DNA of 63,684 bases, filler included, from Octopus bimaculoides (lineage: Eukaryota), in the NCBI RefSeq assembly GCF_001194135.2. It is 6 parts of 5 records of this genome, joined end to end, with 100 filler letters (N's around TTAATTAATTAA, not from the genome) between each part and the next. Parts side by side here need not be neighbours in the genome. Positions count along the whole stretch, not along the records: positions 1 to 25,738 come from NC_068984.1; 5 more parts are not named here. One strand, 5' to 3'. Of the stretch, positions 12,528 to 23,983 are shown one piece after another; the first letter of the stretch is position 1; each line of letters starts with the position of its first letter. The position numbers were made by a program, and so were the translations under genes. The notes beneath the pieces are model-generated. The model did not search any database, was not told the origin of the DNA, and was given only the letters and a program-made list of their open reading frames with translations.

Positions 12528-12680
12528 GTGGGGTTGGCCGGTTTAGGGGGTTACCCTGGGTTTCTCGCTCATAAGGGGTCTAGCCTTACGGTGTATCTTC
12601 AGACACCAAACACTGCTGGCCTGAGATCTTAGAGTGTGCTTCTCCTCCGGATTTATGTATTTCTACAAACGATGTGTGTG
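12520..12680 (+). repeat. Short relative of the arm of the 22232-22778 palindrome
   Basis: GGGG...GGTTACCCTGGGTTTCTCGCTCATAAGGGGTCTAGCCTTACGGTGTATC resembles the palindrome terminus, and is followed by ATCTTAGAGTGTGCTTCT, which also follows the palindrome at ~22790. Confidence 0.6.
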
Positions 12681-12697
12681 TGTTAACGTATACACAT

Positions 12698-12728
<31 letters not shown>

Positions 12729-13701
12729 TACATACATACACGCATTATATCACACACATACAAACTGAATTAGCGATTTAGTCTGGAATATTTTCACATC
12801 AGAACAATTTATTTCTAATTTTCCTTTCTATTTTCCTCGGTAATTTTCCGATTTATTAAATATTCTCTTCTCTTTCTTTTTGATATTTATGTCATCGCAG
12901 TACTTCAGATTAAATTCGTTGTCGCATACCCTGCTTCTGTTCTCCAATTCTTTATGTTAAATTCTTTTAAAGATGATTTTAATTATTTCCTTATGAAAAC
13001 AGTAAGTACGACGGAGATGTTTCTCAGTATTGGATATTCATGTTGATTCAAGTCCCGTCATGATGGGTAATATCGATCATGTGTGAAGAAAATAGGTTTC
13101 CTCTCGATAATATCTACACATACACGCGCGCGCGCACACAGGCACGCACGCACGCACACACACACGTACGTACGTGTGTGCGTATGTGTAAGGAAGTAAA
13201 TATTTTCTATGACCAAGGACTGTTTTATGGTTTGTGATTAGCTCAAGTTTTATATGAGGTAAATGAGAAATAAATCTCTCCCGGGACAAGGCGCTAGTCT
13301 TTTGCAGTTAACATTCCCAAATGTATTTGAATAAATACATTCGGATACCTTTGGAAACCGAGGTAAAGAGAAATAAAGTCTTCGAGTCAGATACGCAACA
13401 AAATAATCACTATCTTATCAACTCAACCATTTAATCCTTACATTTGTTGTTATTTGGCCCCAAGTCGACCAAAGGCATTCAAGTCATGATTATCCCCCAC
13501 ATTTTTTTCTGTTTGATTTGAGGGACACTTGGCTACTATTTCTAACAAGTTGATCTACCATAAGTCAGCGACTGTATCAATTAGGAAGGGTGACAGACAT
13601 GGATTATACGAGCGAATCTGTCACTATTTAAAAATAATAATAATAATAAACAAGCCTAATTACCGAAAGCACAATTCTATAAGTGGTAGATATAGTTGTG
13701 A

Positions 13702-13733
<32 letters not shown>

Positions 13734-16159
13734 CTGAGTTGTCCAATCAATGAAAACAGCATTCAATGAGTTTTGTGACGCTTGACATCGTAATATTTTT
13801 ATGTATATTACCAAGGAGACTGCCATAGCTATCTATGTCAGTGTCCAGAAGTAAGGACCCGTTTTGTAACAGGAGCGAATTGCAAATTCATAAGAACTTG
13901 TGGGATACATTTATGCTGAGGAAAATAAAGAATTTTTAATCCTTTTGTTTCTCTTAATTAATTATGAAAGTAATGAAAAATTTATTAAGATAGATTTGCT
14001 GGTGTTGGGAACATAAATTAACAGGAGATTTTGATCTGATGTTTTTAGAAGATTTTTAAAACAGGAAGTTTGTATTACAAGGCCAAGGGCAATCTCAGGC
14101 AGAGTGGTATCAAAAGGGTAACACAAAATAAAATTTATCAAAATTTATTAAAATGTATTAATTAACCAGAAAATTATAATGTTTTAATTACTGAGGTATT
14201 GAAGACGCCATACAAAATAATTTAAACTTTTTACGTATGAGAAGTTTGGTTCTGCTTTGCTTTGCAAAGCTCAGTGATGTGATACGGGACTGATGTTGCA
14301 GCAATTCTTATTTGTTTATATAATTATTAGCTATAATTCTTGCACACAAATGGTTCTTGGCTAAATTTTAAGTTGAGAAAAACTATTGACATCAGTTAGT
14401 AAGTGAAATTTTCATAAGTCATTCCTCAAAAGTGGTTAATCTTCAGTATCTACTCAGGATTTATAAAATTCTCAATTAAACTATGACATGTAGATATGAA
14501 AATATTTGATTGAAAATGAATTAACTTGAGTTGTAAGGCACTATTAGTATAGCTCCATCTCTCATTAGACCACAAGTAATTTCACATATTCATATTTTCA
14601 GCTCAGGGACTTTTCAATATTGAAGCTTCTTTTGAAATTGATCAAAAAGATTGAAACACTCTAGTATACTCCAATATCTATTTTGGTTTCTATTGTTTCA
14701 GTGTTTAACAATGTACCCTGCAGTGCTTTTTCAGATGAGTTAGGAACAATTCCAGCATTGATTTAAAGAAGAGAGATAATAAACTGTTTTGACCCTTGTA
14801 ACTTTAAATTTAGATTATTTAAATGACTGAGGACATCAGCCAGTACCAAAATCACGTAACTATTTTTGGTCCACTAATTCCATAACCGGAATACCTTTGA
14901 CTTGCATAAAGTGTTTCACTTCATCTTTTAACTAAGACATGCTTGAGCACAGGCTATTTACTTAGCAAACAAATTTCACTATGATACACTAAATCCAATA
15001 GATGATGCACTCTCGATCATTACATTGCTAAGTATTTTGTTGGATAAATGAAAATCACTAATGGCTAATTTGACCTGAAAAAAATTTTCAGCTCTGGTGG
15101 TTCTGTGAATTGATTTTAAAGCAAATAAATCTCATACTGTAAAGTTTACCAATATCTCACATACAAATAGGGCCTACTATACTGGATTTACTATATGTTG
15201 TCTCACATACATCTATTGAATAAAACACAAAGTTTGTTATTAGGTTACTTGGATTTTGTTGAACATGTTGTTTATACAGTCCTCTGGGATAAATTAATAC
15301 TCTGAAACAAACTGGCTTTTTCTAGAGTTCAAAAACAGTAACAACACAACTTCAACATACCTTTAATACTTTAGCATTCATGTTATTCAGTCTTTTCTCA
15401 ATACTCTTTTAAACAAAGTCTGATCACAAAATGAAATTGAAATTTTTCCTGCTAGAATATGAAGTCAAGTGAGATGTGTCAAAATCAGTAACTACTATAT
15501 TTAACCCTTTAGCCAAATCTGGCCCAAATATTCAACCTGTTTTACATTCAATCTGACCAGATCCAGCCTCTCACACCTATCCTGCAATGTCATTGTAAAA
15601 ACAAACAATTATATCATTGAAATTTCAAAGCTTTGAGATAATGCATGAATAGTTCAAAACAATTTGAATAAATAAGCATTTGGTTACATAATACTAACTT
15701 CTTTTTTAAAAGTGATTTAAATTAAAACTATCCATCAAATTTTCATGCTAGGTTCTGTTTAAAACACCAATTTAATAATGACAAAGTTATTTGACTAAAT
15801 TCTTTATTTCCAAGATTAATTGAAACAAAAGCAATATATTTCAATAGAAATATGGTAATTAAATGATTAACATAAGTTCAATGCTTTAATATTTTTAGAT
15901 CAAATTGACTAAATTTGGTTCTTTAGAATCAGTAAAATAATATACAGGGCCAGTTCAGTATAAGATGTACTGTCCGAAATATCTATACTGTTCATCATCA
16001 AGTTCCCTTAACTTGATGACAAACATTAGAGTTATTTTGAACAAGCACTATAAATCCATTCAAGGATGTCAGGTGGAGTAAGTTGGATACAAAATATCTC
16101 CACCTCCAAACACTACCCTTACTTCAATGTACATTTTGCTGTGGATGGTTGGGTCTTCT

Positions 16160-17125
16160 GCTAATCAATACATTCGTTTGTTATCTTCTCTTTGAGATGT
16201 AGTACCTTCAGAGTAATTTTCCTGAGTCTTCCTTAGTTTCCCTCTTCCACAGGTTCCACTAATATGGAGTGCTTGGCACTTTCTTATGCAACAGTCATCC
16301 TTTATACACATCACACGACCATACCAGTGCAGCTTTCATTTTTATACACTGCACCTGATCTGTTTGATAACCAGTTTTTCTCTCAGTTCAAGTGTATTCT
16401 AATATTTGTGCACACTAACATTATACATCCATCAGAGAATGCTTGCTTCATTTCATTCTAACCTTTGCAAGTCTTCTGCATTCAATACCTGTGTCCCACC
16501 ACTTGCATCATTTCAGCTCTAACATTAGCATCTTACAAACTGAGGGAGGAGACATTTGTTGCCTGCAGAGGTAGTAGCTCCCTGAACTTTTTCCAACCCA
16601 TTCTTATCCTAACTACAATACTTTCTGAACAGCTGCCTCCTCTACTAATTGTGTCACCTAAGTGGCATAAACTATCAACTACTTCTCGTGTGCCAACCAG
16701 GCATTTCAAAGAGTCCATTTTTGCTATGCTCATTATGCATAATGCTCCAGTACATCTTCTACTTACAAAACCCATCTTCTCAGTTAGCCTGTATTTAATT
16801 CCACTAAAACTTCTTATGTGCTCATAGTTTACACTGGATATTACCTACTTTTTTCCTGATGGTGCCAGACTTCTGTCTTCTTTCCTTCATGCTAATATTT
16901 TAATCTTTACTAAGTTGCTAAGGCCTCTTGATTCTAGATTTTGCTTCGAGTACTGGAATTTCATCTCTAATTCCACTATAGATTCAGCTCTAAGAAGAAA
17001 TTCAGTTTATAGAAGCGTCCAAGGACAACCAGTCTTAAACTCCTTTGTGATAGCCTGTAGAGCTATGAATAAGAAGGAGTTGAGGATAGACTGCTAAATT
17101 CATTGCTGAACTCATTGACTCACCT
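16160..17125 (-). mobile_element. RTE-clade LINE reverse transcriptase fragment (3' part), decayed
   Basis: Minus translation gives LNSFLFIALQAITKEFKTGCPW, EVVDSLCHLGDTISRGGSCSESIVVRIRMGWKKFRELLP. Homologous to 19895-20945 and 44350-44950. Confidence 0.85.
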
Positions 17126-17288
17126 TACTTACTGTACCTTTCAGATTATATGTGTGTAAAAATTAAAGATACATAACTTTTCATACTCTTATAAATTACA
17201 CAAAAATGAAAATAACACTGACACCTCATTTTAACAGATATATTTACCAAAATTACATTAAAATATCTTGAAATTCTAAAGAGTAAAT

Positions 17289-17597
17289 TTATTCAATAAA
17301 ATCACCATTGGCTTCAATCACAGCTTCCACATGACTTCAGAATCTCCTGCAACTCTTGTGGGCAGTCTCCTTGTTTGACTTGGTAAATGCTGCCATAATC
17401 ATTGCCTTCAGTTCATCTTTGGTGTTACAAAGAGTTTTGTTGGTCTCTCTCTCAGCTGCACCGCACACATAATAATCAAGGAGTTTGCAGTCTGGGGAGT
17501 TAGGTGGCCAGAGGTTAGGGGTGATGTGGTTGCAGAAATTGCCTGACAGTCATGACTGAGTTCTCCTGCTTATGTGGCATGGTGCAGAGTCCTGTTG
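17289..17597 (-). mobile_element. Tc1/mariner DD37D (maT-type) transposase C-terminal relic
   Basis: QQDSAPCHISRRTQS*LSGNFCNHITPNLWPPNSPDCKLLDYYV...EAVIEANGDFIE*; 37 residues between the last two Asp. Confidence 0.88.
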
Positions 17598-17962
17598 ACA
17601 TGATGATGATATATATATATATATATATAACATTAATAATAAGGAGAATGGAGATTTGAACATCAGTTATTTACTTTACATTTATTTACAGCATATTTGT
17701 AATATGCTGTAAATAACTATAAAATAAATTACTCATGTGGAAATCTCCACTCTCATTATTGATATTATTTTACACTTTATGAAATCTTTGCAGTCCCAAC
17801 CGTGACACACAGAATTAGCCAGTGAGAAAATTTACCAATGTCTAACAACTTATTGTAGGCAGAGACGTCAAGTACAGATCGTTGTGTTAGCCAGCATCTG
17901 GGACCGAACTGAAAGCAAACATAGTATCCACCTGTATAATATATCCTTGCAAACTCACTATG

Positions 17963-17991
<29 letters not shown>

Positions 17992-17997
<6 letters not shown>

Positions 17998-18351
17998 CAA
18001 ATGATATATGAGCATATGCCTGTATACATACATATATGTACATACCTACATCTACATTTATATATAGATGCATATCCGGGTACAGGACGTCAGAAAAGTG
18101 AACGGGGACATAAAAAACAAAAAAAAAAACGGACTTTGTTTACAGACAACAGAACGAACACATAGGAAAACAGACAAGCCACTTATGGAATTATTCCTTC
18201 ATCAGCTGCCTCTATTCTAAACTAGGCGTTTCTGTCCCCGTTCACTTTTCTGACGTCCTGTACCCGGATATGCATCTATATATACATGTAGATGTAGGTA
18301 TGTACATATATGTATGTATACAGGCATATGCTCATATATCATTTGTATTAT
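17992..18351 (-). mobile_element. PLE-like short element with an inverted duplication of its 3' end
   Basis: 17992-18110 and 18233-18351 are ~119-bp inverted repeats with one mismatch seen. The unrearranged family member lies at ~49885-50135 on the + strand. Confidence 0.7.
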
Positions 18352-18394
18352 TATATTATCGAACGCGACGCGTCCATTTGCAAGTATATATATA

Positions 18395-18620
18395 TATATA
18401 TAATCAATACCGAGAGAAAAAATAAAATGGAGAAATAGTAGATGTATGAATTATTTATTTGTATGTTATAAAGTGATGAAAATTTCTTTTAAAAAACATA
18501 ACAGTACAGATAAATCTAATTCATAAGAAATTTTCATCATTTTATAACATACAAAAAAATTATTCATATGTCTATTATTTCTCCATTTTCTTTTTTTCCC
18601 CTCAATATTGATAATATATA
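18395..18620. repeat. Fold-back element (~70-95-bp imperfect arms, ~36-nt loop)
   Basis: AAAATGGAGAAATAGTAGATGTATGAATT...GATGAAAATTTCTT (18424-18488) pairs with AAGAAATTTTCATC...TTTCTCCATTTT (18526-18589). Confidence 0.85.
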
Positions 18621-19009
18621 ATTTCAATAATCCCTAACATATACCAATGATTTTCGCATTATATGATAGGGATCAACAGTGGAATGCCCTGGATTATATA
18701 ATCTGTAATGAGGATATTAGTTCCTTGAATTAATTATATATATATTTATATAGTGGATGTGTGTCTAGTAGTATAAAGTTTTCATATACTTATATAAATA
18801 TAGTGACTGTATCTAGTAATATTTGATATTGTACTAATGTCTAGTAATATTTGTATATTTTAACTGAAGTATTTAGTCTATACAGAATTCTTGCACAACT
18901 GATTTTGTATCAATAAAAATTCTGATTGCTAATAATCCTAATTCATCTGAGTATGAAGTAAAGTGTATGAAGCCTAGCTACCACATACCATTATCAATTT
19001 CAATAAACT

Positions 19010-19265
19010 TATTATTGTATTGTAAGATACAGATAAGGAAATAATTCATTCTCAAATGCAGAATAATGCTGATAGAACAGCAGGAACAGGATAAAGTATC
19101 CATATTTTGCAGAAAATTTTGTCAGTGGCCAGCCATGAGACTCGTACTCACATCCCTGTGATTACCGATCAAGTGCTTTACCAATTAAGCTAAAATACCC
19201 ATTGACATATTAATCTGTAATTTTTGAACTTATAAATCCAGCTCATAAGACACTATGTTAAATTC
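19010..19265 (-). mobile_element. Short repeat with an internal tRNA-like segment; a related copy at 23222-23490 is fold-back
   Basis: Minus strand GGGTATTTTAGCTTAATTGGTAAAGCACTTGATC...GGATGTGAGTACGAGTCTC (decayed A/B boxes), then a tail ending TTCCTTATCTGTATCTTACAATA shared with 23222-23490. Confidence 0.65.
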
Positions 19266-19894
19266 AAATAACAATAAATGTAAACATCCTTATTAGTTCA
19301 AAAAACTGAACTGATCTTCTAAACTCAAGACCAGATATTTTTATAAGGTATATCCATCTTCACAAATTTCTCTTATTGAGCTGGAAAATGGTCCCCCTCA
19401 CCAGATTTTGTAGATGCACAGTTTAATGCACTTTAACCTTTCCCCCATTCAACTACACCTGTTCAACATAATTTTTTTTTTTACACATTACTACTCAACA
19501 TTAACAATATTCTTATTTTAATGGGTTAAAAGGGCATAATTTTAATTCTCCTTTACCTTAAAATATTTCATAATGCTTTTTCTTATTTTACCACATATAT
19601 TTTTCTTGTTTTTTTTTTTCTTACATTTCTTCAAGTAGTAGTGATGTTATTTGAGCCAGAATGATTGCTGGATCATGCATGGTACACTATAAAACCCAGT
19701 CCAATTCCTATATTATAGGAGCATGAAACTTGAAGTAACTTACATATAATTCCTGTATTCATTAATGTACTGAATTGAGTACATTTTTGCTGATCCTATC
19801 AAGTAGTAACCAGTAATTTGTTGGTCTTTGCAGAAACTGAGTGTAGACAAAAGGCTTGTGGGGGCTGAACAATCTATGTAAAAATGCAATAAAT

Positions 19895-20945
19895 AAAATG
19901 AGAGTAAACAATGATTTCAGTGATGAATTAAGTATAAAGGTAGTTCATCAAGGTTCAGTATTCAGTCCTCTCCTCTTCTTCATAGTCCCACAGGACATCA
20001 GAGAGGAGGGAACTTCTATATACTGATGATCTAGCTGAATCTATTGGAAAATCAAAGAGGAAATTCCTAGCATGGAAACTAAACCTAGAAACGAGAAGTC
20101 TTAAGGTAAACATAGTAAAAATGAAGGTTCTTGTAAGTAGGAAAGACAGGATCCTGATATCTTCAGAGAAAAGGCCTTGCACAATATGCACAAAAGAGGT
20201 AGGTATAAACTCCATGCATTGTACACAATGTAAGCTATGGACGCACAAGAGATGTTGTAGAATCATAGGCAGAGAACTTAAGTTTTGTATGTGATAGATG
20301 CATACTGCACTGGAGCAGTATGTACTATGAACACACTAGAAATAAGTACTCTTGAATGTGAGGATAGTTCACTTGGCATTGTTGATAGCTTTCATTACCT
20401 AGGAGATGTATTTAGCAAGGGAGGTTGCTCTGTAAATATAGTTACCAAAATAAGAATGGGTTGGAGAAAGTTCAGGGAGCTACTATTGATGCTGACAGAA
20501 TGGTCTTTTCTCTCAGAGTGAAGGGTAGATTGTATGATGTTTGTGTTAGAACTGCAATGTTGCATAGTAGTAAAATAAGTGCCTTGAAGGCAAAGGACTT
20601 CAGAAGACTGGAAAGAAAAGGAGTTATCATGCTCTGTGGATGTGCAATGTAAGTGTGCATAAACAACACAGAATAAATGTGCTAAGAGAAAAACTGGGTG
20701 TGAGAGAAATCAGATGTAGTGTGCAAAAAAGAAGATTGCACTGGTATGGACATGTGATACATATGCATAAGGACAGCTGTGTTAAGAAGTGCTGACTACT
20801 AAGTGTGGTTGGGGCTTGTAAAAGCGGGAGACCTAAGAAGACATGAGATTAAGTGATAAAGAATGATCTCAGAACCCCAAACCTCACAGAGGAGATGACA
20901 AAGGGCTGGAATGTCTAGTAATATGAGACTCCCAAGATGACCTAC
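19895..20945 (+). mobile_element. RTE-clade LINE 3' fragment with a PHD-like zinc finger inside the RT
   Basis: QGSVFSPLLF; ELLYTDDL (YTDD at 20019-20030); CTIC-x10-CTQC-x4-H-x2-C...FVCDRC; VDSFHYLGD; RMGWRKFRELL; LRVKGRLYDVCVRTAML. Multiple frameshifts and stops. Confidence 0.9.
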
Positions 20946-22231
20946 CTACTTCTGCGAAACTGATTTCTGAAAGCACCATGTGCATGCACATGCACAAATG
21001 GGATCCTTGCCCAATTTCCTCCAGTACCTCTTTCATTACAACCCCCACCCCCTTGAGACTATACTATTTTTCTTGTCATCTGGAACTATTCCATTTGTTA
21101 GCTATTCTTTATCCATTAATATTGCTCTCTTCACCCTAATGTTACAATGGTCATCTCCCCCACCTCTGAAACACCAAATTATCTCCCTTCATGTACTACA
21201 CCTGCCTCCCTGCATTTCTTCTGTATCCTACCCAACTGCATATCATCTCTCTCTTTTCCCCTACCCCTTCTAAACTGTATCATTATTATCACTATTACTA
21301 TTCTGCTGCTCTAACTCCCCCCACTCTCTTCTACATCCCTCTACCTTCCCTAATTCAGGTATCATTGGTTATTCATCACTAACCAATCTTTAAAGTTGTT
21401 GCTTCTCTCCCAACTGCCCCATCTTCAGCTCCCCTATACACTCTTATTTCCACCATCCCAACACACTTCTACTCACCACATTTCTTGAGGAACCACCAGG
21501 ATTTGCAGTTCCAACTGATCATTCTCACTTTCTCTCTCCTAGAAGTGAATGATCATGTAGCTCCTCTACAACAAGAAACCAATTGTCCCCTCCTCCCATG
21601 CCCTATATGCTTATCTTTTCACATAAATCCCCACCTATGGGTTTTACAGTCTGCAAGCTGCATGATAATCTCACTAGTGTCGGTAACATACAAAATGTGT
21701 CGAATTCATGGTGTAAAGTGACTGGAATTAGGAAGGGCATCCAGTTGTGAAGACATGCAGAAGGAGACACTGGAGCAATGATGCAGTCCTTGGACACATT
21801 GGATCCTATCAAACTGTCCAACGCCAGCATGTATATAGGCACAGGCATGGCTGTGTGGTAAGAAGATCGCTTCCCAAACTACATGGTTCTGGGTTCAGTC
21901 CCACTGCATGACACCTTGGGCCGACAATAAGCTTTGTGAATGAATTTGGTAGACGGAAACTGAAAGAAGCCCATCATATACATATACATATACATATACA
22001 TATATATATATATANNNNNNNNNNNNNNNNNNNNNNNNNNNNNNNNNNNNNNNNNNNNNNNNNNNNNNNNNNNNNNNNNNNNNNNNNNNNNNNNNNNNNN
22101 NNNNNNNNNNNNNNNNNNNNNNNNNNNNNNNNNNNNNNNNNNNNNNNNNNNNNNNNNNNNNNNNNNNNNNNNNNNNNNNNNNNNNNNNNNNNNNNNNNNN
22201 NNNNNNNNNNNNNNNNNNNNNNNNNNNNNNN

Positions 22232-22778
22232 ATATATTAAAATGGGGAAGGCTGGTTTATGAGATTACCTTAGGTTTCTTGTCCATAAAGGTTTAGCTTT
22301 ATGGCGTATTGTCAGATCCCAAAGATCTGTTGGCTCTAAACCTCTGAAAAATATTGAGGAGGAAATGCCTCATTACTCAAAGGTAACAATTGGGGATTAT
22401 CTCCCTTTGTTATTGGCTATTGACTACAGTGTGCCGCCATTTTGTGAGCTCCAAAAAGCTAGCAGGAACCTCCTGAGATGTAAACATTGGCCCGAGAATT
22501 CTTAACTCCAGAATGGAGATTTCTGGACCGTTTCAGGAGGTTTCTGCTAGCTTTTTGGAGCCTACAAGATGATGGCACATCCTGAAGTCGATAGCCAATA
22601 CCGAAGGGAGATAATCTCCAATTGTTACCTTTGAGTAGTGAGATATTTCCTCCTCCATATTTTTAAGCGGTCTTGGGCCGACAGGTTTTTTGGATCTGAT
22701 ACACCATAAACTAAACCCTTTATGGGCGAGAAACCTAAGGTAATCCCATAAACTAGTCTTCCCCGCTTTTAATATATA
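22232..22778. mobile_element. Large palindromic (fold-back/MITE-like) element
   Basis: ~245-bp diverged inverted arms (e.g. GCTCCAAAAAGCTAGCAGGAACCTCCTGA vs TCAGGAGGTTTCTGCTAGCTTTTTGGAGC) around a ~55-nt spacer; ends in TA-rich DNA. Confidence 0.85.
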
Positions 22779-22844
22779 CTGCTCTACATCTTAGAGTGTG
22801 CTTCTTTCAGATTTTTTTTTACAGACGATATATCGTGGCACTCC

Positions 22845-23020
22845 GTCAGTTATGACGACGAGGGTTCCAGTTGATCTGATCAACAGAACAGCCTGCTCGT
22901 GAAATTAACATGGCTGAGACACGTGTACCCTTAACATAGTTCTCGGGGAGATTCTATATGACACAGAGTATAACAAGGCTGGCCCTTTGAAATACAGCTA
23001 CAACAGAAACAGGAAGAAAG
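22845..23020 (+). mobile_element. Dispersed SINE-like repeat (GAGGGTTCCAGTTGATCCGATC family)
   Basis: GAGGGTTCCAGTTGATC.GATCAAC.GAACAGCCTGCTCGTGAAATTAAC...GACAAGGCTGGCCCTTTGAAAT recurs at ~40135-40295 (+), ~43655-43860 (-) and, decayed, at ~10470-10580. Confidence 0.8.
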
Positions 23021-23221
23021 AGTGTGAGAAAGTTGTAGTGAAAGAATACAGCAGGGTTCACCACCACTACCTGCCAGAGCCTCGCTGAGCTTTAGGTGTT
23101 TTCCCTTAATAAACACTCACAATGCCTGGTCTGGGAATCAAAACTGCGATCCTACGACTGCGAATCTGCTGCCCTAACCACTGGACCATTGCGCCTCCAC
23201 ATATATATATGTATGTATGTA

Positions 23222-23490
23222 TGTATTGTAAGATACAGATAAGGAAATAATTCCCAAATGCAAAAACACTGATAGAACAGCAGAGACAGGATAAAATATT
23301 CATATAAAGCGGAAAAATTTATCAGCAACCCGCCATGAGGCTCAAACTCACATCCCTTTGAATACTGGTCTGCTGACAAATTTTTCCACTTTATATGGAT
23401 ATTTTATCCTGTCTCTATCAGCATATACTATTCTATCAGCATTTCTACATTTGAGAATTAATTATTTCCTTATCTGTATCTTACAATACA
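23222..23490. repeat. Fold-back copy of the tRNA-containing repeat (5'-truncated plus inverted 3' end)
   Basis: TATTGTAAGATACAGATAAGGAAATAATT...GGAAAAATTT (23224-23320) is mirrored by AAATTTTTCC...AATTATTTCCTTATCTGTATCTTACAATA (23378-23488). Confidence 0.85.
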
Positions 23491-23911
23491 TCTCAATGCT
23501 TCTAAAAAGCAAACATTAGTTTGTTTGCATTTATTGTAATATGCATGTATATATCTATATATGTGTCTCTGTGTTTGTGTTTGTCTCTCAGCACTACTTG
23601 ACAACTGGTGTTCGTTTGTTTACCTTGCCATAATTTAGTGGTTCAGCAAAAAGAGACCAAAATAATAAGTACTAGGCTTCAAAAAATAAGTCCTAGGGTT
23701 GATTTGTTCAACTAAATCCCTTAAATGAGTGAAACAAGTAAAAAATATATCATCAACGCCATTGCATATTTCTTTCTCCAGTTGTAGAGAGGTTATGTGC
23801 CTTCAGCCATTTGAGTTTGATGAGTTGCCTATACTGCTAAGCACTTTATAGGTGTAAAACCAATGGTCACTCAATGACCGGCCATAACTTTTAACTTCCT
23901 AAAACATAGCA

Positions 23912-23983
23912 TTCCCATGCCTGGAATTGAACCCTGGCTGCTGGGCTGGAGGCCAGGAATCCTAACCACTAGACCTCATGGGA
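23912..23983 (-). pseudogene. tRNA-Glu pseudogene (or tRNA-Glu-derived SINE head)
   Basis: Minus strand TCCCATG-AG-GTCTAGTGGTTAGGATT-CCTGG...GGGTTCAATTCCAGG-CATGGGAA, 72 nt. Perfect 7-bp acceptor stem and Glu-type D arm, but the anticodon arm and T stem are disrupted. Confidence 0.75.

Noticed and set aside
19215-19255. CTTATGAGCTGG...AGTTCAAAA (minus strand) as another hammerhead
   Set aside because: It needs several substitutions in the core and stem I does not pair convincingly; a single copy is insufficient.
20960-21600. Pyrimidine-rich tracts (also ~40000-40130 and 52050-52500) as Penelope GIY-YIG remnants
   Set aside because: The composition is suggestive, but no diagnostic motif could be read with confidence.
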